IMG/VR virus record: IMGVR_UViG_3300045988_120048
Span: 1-64,000 of that record
Direction: 5' to 3' (one strand)
Length of the DNA: 64,000 nucleotides
From: a virus
Shown here: positions 55,153 to 64,000 of the stretch, one piece after another
How positions within the stretch are numbered: the first letter of the stretch is position 1
Layout of the letters: every line of letters begins with the position of its first letter
The notes under the pieces: model-generated
The model's database searches: none
Told to the model about the DNA's origin: nothing
What the model saw: only the letters and a program-made list of their open reading frames with translations
Position numbers and translations under genes: made by a program

Positions 55153-56700
55153 ATGAAACATTCGACTGTTAGAAAATATACTGAAATATTAACCGCAGCA
55201 AAAAATAGCGGACAGAACTTACATCTTTTCTGTGAGAAAAACGGACTTAACTATAATAGTATAGTTGGAGCTATCTCTACTCTTAAGAAGCAGAATGATG
55301 TTGAAACTGACGAGGTAAAGACTTTGCTTCATTTGTATAGTGAAGTAGTCTCTAAGAAGGGAAAGTCCTTGAAGGAGGTGATTGATACGGACGATAGAGC
55401 AGAAACTTCTGTTCTCAGAGGAGAAGATGGAAGGATTAACTTCTATAGTTATCAAATCTTTAGAAGGGATAAGGCACCTCTAACTGGTAAATTAACTAGG
55501 GAGGAAATGAATACTATTCATAGACTCTACTCTTACTATGGAGACTCTCTAACTCAGAGAGTTATTTCTAGACACTTTGTGGACTTATCTCTTGTAGACT
55601 TTAAGAGAATCCTTCGTGCATTTAATATCACTAAAGCATCTGCTCCATTTGCTCCTCATATGTTTGAGGAATTGAGTGAGGATGAGCTTAGAGAAATTCA
55701 ACTTCGTGAGAAGGAGAATAGCTTCCTCCGCAAAGCGGAAGAGGATCAAATCAAAAATACAGAGAAGCTTCTAAAGAAGTATGCCAAAGAGAATATCGAA
55801 CTTAAAAGACAGATGAAGGATCTGTCTGAATTTAAAGTAAAGCTCCCAGAAAATCTTAATCCTATTCTTTTAGAAGAGAGAAAGGAGGTGGGAAGGAACA
55901 TAAATCTTTATCTTTCTGACCTACATTTAGGAGCTGCTTTGACTACAGGTTCTCTTTATAAGGAGAATATTAAGTATGGTTTTGTCGAAGCTCAGAGAAG
56001 ACTCGCTGAGATTCTGGAGAGGCTTCATCAACTCGGAACTTTTGATACTATCAATCTTGTGCTAATGGGAGATAACATTGACTGTGCAGGAGTATATGGT
56101 AAGACAGCAAGGCTTGATCATGACCTTCCAGAAAATATGGATGCCAGAGAACAAGCCAACAAATTCATAGAGCTCTTGCTATGGTTTATAGGATCTTTAG
56201 TGGAGAAGGAAAATAAATTCTGTTCTCACATAAACCTGTATTCAGTTCCTTGTGGTAATCATGGAGGCAATTATGAATATATGTGTAATAAAGCATTGAT
56301 TGCAACAGTAAATGCTAAATTTCCAAATATAAAAACTATATTTTGGGAGGATTTCTTTGGAATATTTGAGTTTAATGATAACACCTTTATATGTTGTCAT
56401 GGCAAGGATGACCAATATATGAGACGAGGTCTTCCTCTAAATCTTGACGATAAGTCAAAGGTTATGCTCTATGAGTGGCTTCATGAAATGGGTATTCATA
56501 AAGATAATGTCCATTTTATAAAGGGAGATTTGCATTCTAATTCTTTAAACTCTTGTAAGAGATTAGATTATAGAAATGTTTTAAGTCTCTTTGGAGCTTC
56601 CGATTATTCTAATTACAACTTTAGCAGAAATTCCTATGGTATGTCTTATGACTTATTTGTAGGAAGCAATCTTATTAGAGGAACATTTGAAAATCTTTAG
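55153..56700 (+). CDS. Mre11/SbcD-like metallophosphoesterase nuclease
   Basis: Calcineurin-like motifs LSDLHLG, MGDNID and CGNHGG in the C-terminal two-thirds. Confidence 0.6.
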   Translation: MKHSTVRKYTEILTAAKNSGQNLHLFCEKNGLNYNSIVGAISTLKKQNDVETDEVKTLLHLYSEVVSKKGKSLKEVIDTDDRAETSVLRGEDGRINFYSYQIFRRDKAPLTGKLTREEMNTIHRLYSYYGDSLTQRVISRHFVDLSLVDFKRILRAFNITKASAPFAPHMFEELSEDELREIQLREKENSFLRKAEEDQIKNTEKLLKKYAKENIELKRQMKDLSEFKVKLPENLNPILLEERKEVGRNINLYLSDLHLGAALTTGSLYKENIKYGFVEAQRRLAEILERLHQLGTFDTINLVLMGDNIDCAGVYGKTARLDHDLPENMDAREQANKFIELLLWFIGSLVEKENKFCSHINLYSVPCGNHGGNYEYMCNKALIATVNAKFPNIKTIFWEDFFGIFEFNDNTFICCHGKDDQYMRRGLPLNLDDKSKVMLYEWLHEMGIHKDNVHFIKGDLHSNSLNSCKRLDYRNVLSLFGASDYSNYNFSRNSYGMSYDLFVGSNLIRGTFENL

Positions 56701-56713
56701 AAATTAAATTATT

Positions 56714-57037
56714 ATGGTAAAAGAAAAGAAAGTAAGAAGAGAAGTAAAAAATAAATATGCCTTTGGTGTATATAAACCAAACAAGAATTGCAAACCAGTT
56801 ACCTATAATGGTACTGAGTATTTATCTAAAGCACAGTGTATGGCTCTTGAAGGAATTACACGTAAAGAGCTGGATGAATACTTAAATGGGGGCTTAGGCG
56901 AAATTAACGAAGCGATTAACGAAGCAATTGATGTTAAAGAAGACCAACCAGCAGAGGGACCTCTAGAAGGACCTTTGGAAGGACCATGGGGTCCAGATGA
57001 AGCTCCTGGAGATGTGAACTTGGACGACATATTTTAA
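56714..57037 (+). CDS. hypothetical acidic protein; followed by terminator-like hairpin (57040-57075)
   Basis: ORF track; GGAGAGAACAGTATTCTCTCC plus T-run downstream. Confidence 0.4.
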   Translation: MVKEKKVRREVKNKYAFGVYKPNKNCKPVTYNGTEYLSKAQCMALEGITRKELDEYLNGGLGEINEAINEAIDVKEDQPAEGPLEGPLEGPWGPDEAPGDVNLDDIF

Positions 57038-57155
57038 TTATAAGGAGAGAACAGTATTCTCTCCTGTTTTTTTTAGACTGAATACAGATAAACCAGATTA
57101 TGGAGATTACTTAGATAGTAGATATATTTTCACAATCAATCTGATATTTTAGTCA

Positions 57156-57938
57156 ATGGAATTAAACCTTAACGAATTATTGAAAGGAAAAGCCACGGTT
57201 ATACGTGGAAAAGAGTATTTGAGTGCGGAAGCTTATGCTGTTCCATTTTTGGAAAGAATGTCCAAATTTACTAAGGACTTTAGAATCCAAGCAAAGTTAC
57301 CAGACCAAATGAGTCTCACAAGAGATAAAGATCTCAACGCTGAAGATACCGTCTTTAATAGAGTTTGGATTCAAGCAATTCTCCCAGAGGAATTTAGCAT
57401 TGATAATCACAACGAGGTTATAGGTATGGTCTATGGACTTGATACTAGGAAGCCTGTAGCTAAGATTTATAGAGGAGCTTTAAATATGGCATGTCTTAAC
57501 TTATGTGTATTTAATCCATCCTTTCTAAATTTACAGGAAATAGAACCAGAGAAACCTTTAGATTTTGGATGTATTCAACCTCTTATGGAACAAACCTCTA
57601 CCTTGAAGGTATGGTTAGATAAATTAAAATCTACCGAAGTACCTTATGATAATCGTCTAATTAACGAGAATCTAGGAATGTGGGTAAGAGAGACGATAGC
57701 ATGCTCCTATAATACGGGATTTGGAAAGGTAAAACTTGCCAGCAATACTGCTATTGATGCATATAAACTTCTTTATGAGAAAGAGGATTCCCCTTATTTT
57801 GTAGGAGAGGGAGAAAGTACATCTATGTTTAATGTGTATAATGCATTTACAGAACTTATAAGTAATGCAGACACAAGGGATATAGTAAATAAAGTTGAGA
57901 AGACCTTGCTCCTTAGAAATATTTTACATTTATCTTAA
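57156..57938 (+). CDS. hypothetical protein
   Basis: ORF track, 260 aa. Confidence 0.45.
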   Translation: MELNLNELLKGKATVIRGKEYLSAEAYAVPFLERMSKFTKDFRIQAKLPDQMSLTRDKDLNAEDTVFNRVWIQAILPEEFSIDNHNEVIGMVYGLDTRKPVAKIYRGALNMACLNLCVFNPSFLNLQEIEPEKPLDFGCIQPLMEQTSTLKVWLDKLKSTEVPYDNRLINENLGMWVRETIACSYNTGFGKVKLASNTAIDAYKLLYEKEDSPYFVGEGESTSMFNVYNAFTELISNADTRDIVNKVEKTLLLRNILHLS

Positions 57939-57995
57939 GATTTTAAAATTTCAATAACTTTTATTATATTTACTAAATATTAATCTAAGTAAATT

Positions 57996-60164
57996 ATGTA
58001 TAGAGTTACAAAACGCGAAGGAAATTTAGAGTCTTTTGATATTAGCAGAATAGAAAGTGCTATACGTAAGGCTTTTATGTCTTGTGAGACAGAAGTTAGT
58101 GAAGATGTTATTAAAAATATTGCAAAAGCAGTTAATATCTGGGATACAATCAGTATAGAGGACATTCAAGATCAAATAATTGAACTCCTCGGAGATTATG
58201 ACTATCCCGATGTAGCTGCTGCCTATAGATCTTATAAGGATAAGCAATCAAGAGCTAGAATGCTTTGGCGGAAAATTCATTATATGGACGAATATATAGA
58301 CAGTAATGAAAATGCTGCTACTATGTCCAATACTGATGGAAATGCGAATACTTCTGCTAAGAATGTTGCAACTCTGGAGCCAGAGGTATTTAAGGACGAT
58401 TTCAGAACTATACAGAGGTATAGGATGAAGAGGAAGCTTAAGCAGATGTATCCAGAGGTTGCATATGATTATGAGAGAGATATAGAAGGACATGAAATTT
58501 ATGTTCATGATGAGGCTTCAACTCCAACTCTAAAGCAATATTGTATGGCTGTATCCCTATATCCTCTAATGTTGGAAGGATGTGGAGTTCTAGATAAAAC
58601 TACTCCATCAGAGCCAAATGACTTGCAGTCCTTCAGTGGGCAATTAGTAAATTCTATATTTACTCTATCTGCTCAATGCAAGGGAGCCGTAGCAGTAGGT
58701 TCGTATTTTATTGCTTTAAATTACTATATCATTGCTGAATATGGAGAAAAGTGGTATGAACATTTAGATGATGTAGTTACATCTAGCAACTGCAAAAAGT
58801 CTAGAACTATGAGAAATATGATTGAAAAAGCATTCAAGCAATTTGTTTGTGGAATCAATCAGCCTGCAGGTAATAGGGGTTATCAAAGCCCATTCACCAA
58901 TATCTCATATTATGATCATACTTACTTCTCATCATTGTTTGGAACTTTCTACTATCCAGATGGTACTCAACCTGAGTGGGAAGCAGTTGATGCTTTGCAA
59001 AGATTGTTCATGAATTGGTTTAATCAGTGGAGATTGAGACAACTCGTGGCGTTTCCAGTAGAAACTATGGCTATGGTATATGATCCAAAAACAGGGGATA
59101 TCATAGATAAGGATTACAAGGATTTAACTGCTGAGATGTATGCTAAGGGTCATTCCTTCTTCACTTATATATCTGATAGTGCAGACAGTCTTGCTTCATG
59201 CTGTAGACTAAGAAATGAGTTATCAGAAAATACGTTTAGTCCTACATCTGGTATGACGGGAATCAAGACCGGAAGTGCCAATGTTATTACTTTGAATGTG
59301 AACAGAATTATTCAAAACTACTTTGGACCTTGTAAGCATAAGGAGGTAGTGGAGAAAGAGCTCTGGAATGATTCTGTGCATAGGTCAGAATTTGTAAGGT
59401 ACCTTACTTCAATCTTGGAGAGAGTTTATAAGTATCATATTGCTTATAAGACTATGCTTTATGAGTGGGAGAGTAAAGGTGCCTATGCCTCTTCTAATGG
59501 AGGATTTATTAATATAAAGGACTTGTATAGTACAATTGGTATAAATGGATTAAACGAGGCTGCCAGATTCTTGGGTTTAGAAGTCTCTAACAATCCAGAA
59601 TATATTCAATTTCTACAATTAGTTCTTGGAACTATTAAGGAACAGAACAAGAAACATTCTATTCACGACAAGAAGAGACCTTTCTTATTCAATAGTGAAT
59701 GTGTTCCTGCTGAGTCTTTAGGAGGTAAGAATTATCGCTGGGATAAATCCGATGGGTTTTGGGTTCCCGAAGACGAGAATCTTTATAATTCATATTTCTA
59801 TAATGCTCACGACAATACCTCTGTTCTTGACAAGTTTATATTGCATGGAAGGCAAACTGCCTCTTATTGCGATGGAGGTTCTGCACTTCACTGTAACCTA
59901 CAAGATCATTTAAGCAAGGAACAATATCTTAAGCTTATTGATTTTGCAGTAAGTCAGGGAACCAATTACTTCACTTTTAATATTCCAAATAGTCAGTGTG
60001 ATGATTGTCATTTCATTACTAAGCATCCTATAAAGGTATGTCCGAAATGTGGAAGCTCTCATATTACTCAATATACAAGAATTATTGGTTATTTAAGACC
60101 AATTACAGCCTTTGGTTCTGATAGAAAAATAGAGGCTGGAGAAAGAACTTACAGTACATTATAA
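57996..60164 (+). CDS. nrdD: anaerobic ribonucleoside-triphosphate reductase (class III)
   Basis: N-terminal ATP-cone (VTKREGNLESFDISRIESAIRKA), C-terminal Zn ribbon CDDCHF...CPKCGSS and glycyl-radical motif TRIIGYLRP. Confidence 0.85.
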   Translation: MYRVTKREGNLESFDISRIESAIRKAFMSCETEVSEDVIKNIAKAVNIWDTISIEDIQDQIIELLGDYDYPDVAAAYRSYKDKQSRARMLWRKIHYMDEYIDSNENAATMSNTDGNANTSAKNVATLEPEVFKDDFRTIQRYRMKRKLKQMYPEVAYDYERDIEGHEIYVHDEASTPTLKQYCMAVSLYPLMLEGCGVLDKTTPSEPNDLQSFSGQLVNSIFTLSAQCKGAVAVGSYFIALNYYIIAEYGEKWYEHLDDVVTSSNCKKSRTMRNMIEKAFKQFVCGINQPAGNRGYQSPFTNISYYDHTYFSSLFGTFYYPDGTQPEWEAVDALQRLFMNWFNQWRLRQLVAFPVETMAMVYDPKTGDIIDKDYKDLTAEMYAKGHSFFTYISDSADSLASCCRLRNELSENTFSPTSGMTGIKTGSANVITLNVNRIIQNYFGPCKHKEVVEKELWNDSVHRSEFVRYLTSILERVYKYHIAYKTMLYEWESKGAYASSNGGFINIKDLYSTIGINGLNEAARFLGLEVSNNPEYIQFLQLVLGTIKEQNKKHSIHDKKRPFLFNSECVPAESLGGKNYRWDKSDGFWVPEDENLYNSYFYNAHDNTSVLDKFILHGRQTASYCDGGSALHCNLQDHLSKEQYLKLIDFAVSQGTNYFTFNIPNSQCDDCHFITKHPIKVCPKCGSSHITQYTRIIGYLRPITAFGSDRKIEAGERTYSTL

Positions 60165-60367
60165 TGGAAATAAAGAATCTTAAGTCCGTTTCGGATGATT
60201 TAAATAAGTATAGCTATGTAGCTAAAGAGGGGGATTATATAACTGTCACTGAGTGGGCTAACGGGGAAGGATGGGATATAGACCTTAACGGTACTCCTAT
60301 CAAACTCCATGACACCGAGCTTGCTGCAATTAATTATTTAACTCAGGTATTAATGTATGAAAAATGA
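60164..60367 (+). CDS. small hypothetical protein
   Basis: ORF track, 67 aa, tightly packed between nrdD and the phosphatase. Confidence 0.4.
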   Translation: MEIKNLKSVSDDLNKYSYVAKEGDYITVTEWANGEGWDIDLNGTPIKLHDTELAAINYLTQVLMYEK

Positions 60368-61007
60368 AATTTTAGTGATTCCAGATGTTCATGGGCGTGA
60401 TTTCTGGAAAGAACCTTGCAGAGAATGGGAGGGGAAGGTAGTCTTTTTAGGAGACTACCACGACCCATACCCTCAGCAGGTGAGTAAAAACAATTCCTTA
60501 GAAAATTTAAAAGTTCTTATAAATTTCTATGAGAATAACAAGTCCAGAGTAGTCTGCCTCTTAGGAAACCACGATGGCAACTACCTTATAATGGATGGGT
60601 TTGCTGATAGAGTTGACTATGGCAATTACCACGAAGTTACTTCCCTTCTAAAGAGGCTAGATCTTAAGGTTGCTTATCATGTTAATGATGTTCTATTTAG
60701 CCATGCTGGAGTCCTTCCTAAGTGGTTAAAGGTTAATAACCTCTCTATAGAGGATGTTCCGAACCTGAAATTTGATCATAAAGCCTTAACTGATGTATCT
60801 CCTTGGAGAGGAGGATTTTCGGAAGTTGGAGGAATCCTTTGGGGAGACGTTAGAGAGTATGCGTCAGAGGATCATATACCTGATCTCTATCAAGTCTTTG
60901 GACATACTCAAATGAAGAAAGAAATAATTCAACCTGACTTTGCTTGTCTAGACTGTAGGAAGTGTTTCATTATGGACTTAGATTCTAAGGAAATAAGGGA
61001 ATATTAA
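60357..61007 (+). CDS. metallophosphoesterase (PPP-family Ser/Thr phosphatase-like)
   Basis: Motifs IPDVHGR, GDYHD and GNHD. Confidence 0.7.
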   Translation: MKNEILVIPDVHGRDFWKEPCREWEGKVVFLGDYHDPYPQQVSKNNSLENLKVLINFYENNKSRVVCLLGNHDGNYLIMDGFADRVDYGNYHEVTSLLKRLDLKVAYHVNDVLFSHAGVLPKWLKVNNLSIEDVPNLKFDHKALTDVSPWRGGFSEVGGILWGDVREYASEDHIPDLYQVFGHTQMKKEIIQPDFACLDCRKCFIMDLDSKEIREY

Positions 61008-61017
61008 ATGTGAATGT

Positions 61018-61491
61018 ATGCTTAAATACGTTAATTATGAAGTAGTATTCGCAGAAATTCCAGATGAGATTTCCTTAGCAATAAACATTTCTAATTGTCC
61101 TTGTAAATGTTCTGGTTGTCATTCCCCTTATTTAGCAGAGGACATAGGTACCTTATTAACTCAGAGAAGGTTGAAAGACATCATTGAGAAAAACAAAGGA
61201 ATTACCTGTGTATGCTTTATGGGAGGTGATCTTGAGCCACACTATATTAATACTTTAGCCAAGCAAATTAAGGAAACAACGGATTTGAAGGTTGGATGGT
61301 ATAGTGGAAGGCAAGTACTGAGTGCAGAAATCAATCCTAAATGGTTTGATTTTATTAAGATTGGACCATATGTTGAGCAATTCGGACCTCTAAACAATCC
61401 TAATACTAATCAGATTATGTATAAGGTAGTTCATGAAAGTGGTAAAAATGTGCTGCTTGACATTACAAATAAATTTTGGAAGGAATCATGA
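61018..61491 (+). CDS. nrdG: anaerobic RNR activating enzyme (radical SAM)
   Basis: CPCKCSGCHSP cluster (CxxxCxxC-like) and placement after nrdD. Confidence 0.7.
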   Translation: MLKYVNYEVVFAEIPDEISLAINISNCPCKCSGCHSPYLAEDIGTLLTQRRLKDIIEKNKGITCVCFMGGDLEPHYINTLAKQIKETTDLKVGWYSGRQVLSAEINPKWFDFIKIGPYVEQFGPLNNPNTNQIMYKVVHESGKNVLLDITNKFWKES

Positions 61492-61694
61492 AGATATGGG
61501 CAATTATTTTAATCATACTTAGCTTAAGTAAGCTATGTATAATAGGAAGTCAGGAGAAACATGAGCTTGCACGAGATCTATTTTATCAAATAAGAGATAA
61601 TTTAGAGGAGTTTCAAAAGAAAGCTATGTTTGTTCTGATTATTGACAGTATCATTGGATTAGTCTGTGGTGCTGCTATATTGTTTATTTTATGA
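61476..61694 (+). CDS. small membrane protein
   Basis: ORF track, 72 aa, two hydrophobic segments. Confidence 0.4.
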   Translation: MEGIMKIWAIILIILSLSKLCIIGSQEKHELARDLFYQIRDNLEEFQKKAMFVLIIDSIIGLVCGAAILFIL

Positions 61695-61957
61695 CAGACG
61701 TTATTGTTGTTTACAGTGACAAGAATCAGCTTGACAGAATCGGAGATACTTCTAAGTATACTCCGATTTTTCGTTTTGTTGATTCTTTAGCCAAGAAGAG
61801 TAAAAAGGAAGCATGGAGGATTAAATCCTACTATGGAGCCAAATTAGATCCATTTGCAGTTATATTAGATGACGAAAAGCCAGTTAGAGCTTTTTACACA
61901 GAAGCAGAAGATGTAATTGATTCTCTTATTAAATACTTAAACAACAATGGAAAATAA
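61691..61957 (+). CDS. hypothetical protein
   Basis: ORF track, 88 aa. Confidence 0.4.
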   Translation: MTDVIVVYSDKNQLDRIGDTSKYTPIFRFVDSLAKKSKKEAWRIKSYYGAKLDPFAVILDDEKPVRAFYTEAEDVIDSLIKYLNNNGK

Positions 61958-62468
61958 AATAGTAGTAAACGTAATTAACAAGTCTAACAACCCTCTTCCT
62001 AAGTATGAAACAGCAGGTGCTGCTGGTTTTGACATTAGAGTCGATTTGAGTCGTGTTACTCCAGACACTCCTATTAAGGGTTTCGGAGATGCGGAGGTTA
62101 TTTGGTCCGGTGAGGGACATACAGTTCCGATGATTCGAATTGCTCCAAGGTCTAGAGCTTTGCTTCCTACTGGTATATTTGCTGCTATTCCTGAAGGATG
62201 GCAGGTAAGCTGTCGTCCAAGAAGTGGTATGTCTATAAAGAAGGGATTGACCCTTGTAAATACCCCTGGCACTATAGATGCAGATTACCGTGGAGAATGG
62301 CATCTTCCTGTAATTAATCTTGGACTAGAGGATGTATACATTGAGGATGGGGAGCGTATTTGTCAAGGTATTTTAGAGCCTGTTTACCACATTGAGTGGA
62401 ATGAGGTGACATCTTTAGATGAAACTGAGAGAGGAGATGGAGGTTTTAATTCAACTGGATCAAAGTAA
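61947..62468 (+). CDS. dut: dUTP diphosphatase
   Basis: dUTPase motifs AGAAGFDIR, RPRSGMSIK, GTIDADYRGE and C-terminal GDGGFNSTG. Confidence 0.75.
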   Translation: MENKIVVNVINKSNNPLPKYETAGAAGFDIRVDLSRVTPDTPIKGFGDAEVIWSGEGHTVPMIRIAPRSRALLPTGIFAAIPEGWQVSCRPRSGMSIKKGLTLVNTPGTIDADYRGEWHLPVINLGLEDVYIEDGERICQGILEPVYHIEWNEVTSLDETERGDGGFNSTGSK

Positions 62469-62471
62469 GCT

Positions 62472-62834
62472 ATGGGATTAGATATATTTCTTACTAAAAA
62501 GAAACGTTCAGAGATTGGTTACTTTAGAAAAGTTAATTTTCTAGTAAAATTCTTTGAGAAGAAGGGGTTTGATGTTCCAAATCAGACTCCACTGGTAATC
62601 AAGAGAGAAGATGCAGAAGAACTACTTTCTAAGTGTGAGGAAGTTTTGTGGGATCACTCAAAAGGTCCAGAATTGCTTCCTACCATGTCTGGATTCTTCT
62701 TTGGAAGTACAGACTATGATGATTACTACTATGATGACGTAGAAGCAGTTAGAGACTACGTCAAAGACAAGTTACTTCCTGAGTTTGATACTCTAGAGGA
62801 AGGAGAAGACATATACTTTGAAACTTGGTATTAA
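62472..62834 (+). CDS. hypothetical acidic protein
   Basis: ORF track. Confidence 0.4.
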   Translation: MGLDIFLTKKKRSEIGYFRKVNFLVKFFEKKGFDVPNQTPLVIKREDAEELLSKCEEVLWDHSKGPELLPTMSGFFFGSTDYDDYYYDDVEAVRDYVKDKLLPEFDTLEEGEDIYFETWY

Positions 62835-63038
62835 ATGAAAGGATTTATTAAAACAGAAGCAATAGATGGATGGTTAGATAAAGGAAATGGTATAACTACC
62901 GTGTACCTACGTAGTGGCATTGCAATTAATATTCCAACTAGTGATTTTATGACTGGATGGAATAGTAATAAGGAAATTGCCGAAACCATAACAAAAGATC
63001 AAATGATTTGTATTGGTGGTTTAAATAAAAATAGTTAG
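62835..63038 (+). CDS. hypothetical protein
   Basis: ORF track. Confidence 0.35.
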   Translation: MKGFIKTEAIDGWLDKGNGITTVYLRSGIAINIPTSDFMTGWNSNKEIAETITKDQMICIGGLNKNS

Positions 63039-63039
63039 A

Positions 63040-63348
63040 ATGATAACTAAGGAAGAATTTATTGATCTTATTTTGAAACAACAGGAGTGGTCTAATAGAA
63101 TTGATGAAGTTTCAGAAGCTCTCAGTGTGCCTACACTCTTCGAGAGTGACTGGGTAGAGTATGCATCTGTCCTCTTCGATAAAACTTTAGATCTCTTGTT
63201 TAATGAGGATGGAGTAGATGACATAGACTGGTGGATGTATGAAAAATCTGGAAACCCAGAACTCAAGATGTGGGATGAAAATGGAAAGGAAATTCCTACA
63301 GATACAGTAGAAGATCTTTGGAATTTGGTTAAGGATAATCAGAAATGA
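63040..63348 (+). CDS. hypothetical protein
   Basis: ORF track. Confidence 0.4.
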   Translation: MITKEEFIDLILKQQEWSNRIDEVSEALSVPTLFESDWVEYASVLFDKTLDLLFNEDGVDDIDWWMYEKSGNPELKMWDENGKEIPTDTVEDLWNLVKDNQK

Positions 63349-63780
63349 TTAAGTATCTCCTTGGTAAAGCATCAACTGGAAAGTTTCGTTTCGCAGTAGT
63401 TGAATGCGATGAAGAATGGCATGAACCTGAACATGGCTACGTAATACAGCGTAGCTATGGTCAGGTAGGCGGCAAGACTACACTATCGCCTAAGATTATT
63501 GTAGATAGGGCTAAACAGAAAAGAACTTGGAAAGAGCAATATACTCTTCAATTCAATTCTGAAACCAAGAAGTTCTTAGACAAGGGATATGTTGAAGTAG
63601 AAAAGCATCCTAAGGAATACACCCTTGATGAGCTTCAGTCAATTTTTGGAGAGGTTAAGACTAATCAATATGGGGTAATTAAACCCCAACTTGCTAAACA
63701 AGCAGATAAGGTGACTAATCCAAAGATATTTGAAAAGAAGTGGCTTATTAGTAGAAAGCTTGACGGTAGATTTATGCTGT
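63345..63780 (+). CDS. ATP-dependent DNA (or RNA) ligase, 5' exon ending just after motif I
   Basis: Adenylation motif I ISRKLDGRF (KxDG). The reading frame then runs into an intron-like structured element and stops at 63876-63878. Confidence 0.55.
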
Positions 63781-64000
63781 CGTTAAATCCGGCTAAACGG
63801 GGAACCCTGAGATGGGAATCCCGTGCTAAATTAGTTAGTAATAACTATAAATGCCTAGAGACTAGGAATGCTTCCTAAAAATACTTCAGGAAAATAAATT
63901 TCCCACGAAAACCGGATTTCGTCTAAATATTTTATTTTGATGGGATAAAAATTTTAGTTATTATTGCATAAGTTTAATTTTAAAAATTAATTTAGCTTAT
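63781..64000 (+). mobile_element. group I intron-like element interrupting the ligase gene (extends beyond window)
   Basis: TAAACGGGGAACCCTGAGATGGGAATCCCGTGCTAAAT (63793-63830) is homologous to the P/Q-like element of the intron at 48444; a downstream TAGAGACTAGGA resembles an R element. Confidence 0.5.

Noticed and set aside
1125-62303. All minus-strand ORFs in the track (e.g. 1125-1319, 12313-12756, 24917-25372, 25535-25780, 26015-26278, 61929-62303)
   Set aside because: Each lies antisense to a better-supported + strand gene with recognisable motifs; several are artefacts of antisense reading of Ala/Glu codon repeats in the flotillin coiled coil. The genome appears to be transcribed from one strand only.
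1-64000. CRISPR arrays, integrase or transposase genes, rRNA
   Set aside because: No regularly spaced direct repeats with unique spacers, no tyrosine or serine recombinase or transposase motifs, and no rRNA-like sequence were seen; the only repeats are the intergenic motif family, intron core elements and tRNA-derived segments.

Overview
Reading by eye only, this AT-rich window looks like part of a large virulent phage genome; the NrdD/NrdG anaerobic ribonucleotide reductase suggests an anaerobic host, plausibly Bacteroidota. Every credible gene is on the + strand; all minus-strand ORFs in the track overlap better + strand genes and were discarded. From about 1.7 to 16.1 kb the window is dominated by tRNA arrays, with islands at 26.5, 27.8, 29.1, 32.5 and 33.7 kb. 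I count about 21 tRNAs, several tRNA pseudogenes, 3' fragments, and a family of 45-50 nt minihelix-like elements (acceptor stem plus T-arm, no anticodon arm). HNH homing endonuclease genes with in-frame TAG codons are interspersed among the tRNAs. Two adjacent long ORFs (29254-30528 and 30531-31997) carry about 9 and 23 in-frame TAGs and no in-frame TAA or TGA. That pattern argues for TAG read as a sense codon in a subset of genes, but I could not find a CUA-anticodon suppressor tRNA by hand. Other modules, in order along the window: a vWA (possibly TROVE/Ro60-like) protein with an AAA+ ATPase; a glucosaminidase; an amidoligase / class-II amidotransferase / gamma-glutamyl-hydrolase module whose two amidoligase genes are each split by an intervening sequence, one carrying a LAGLIDADG endonuclease and one an ORF-less group I intron (R and S core elements visible); an NfeD-like protein and a flotillin/SPFH protein; an OmpA-like outer-membrane protein; RNase H, an HNH nuclease and an NAD+ salvage trio (NAMPT, HAD phosphatase, PRPP synthetase); a beta-ketoacyl-ACP synthase with an acyl carrier protein; a replication block (SF2 helicase, DnaB-like helicase, an intron-split Sak4-like ATPase, primase, Mre11/SbcD-like nuclease); and a nucleotide-metabolism block (NrdD, NrdG, dUTPase, phosphatases, and an ATP-dependent ligase gene that is cut just after its KxDG motif by a third group I-like intron running off the window end). 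A roughly 25-nt intergenic motif (TAAGA ... ACAGCAA ... T-rich) recurs at least ten times around the tRNA and HNH regions and looks like a phage-specific regulatory signal. Hand-derived coordinates may be off by 1-2 nt.
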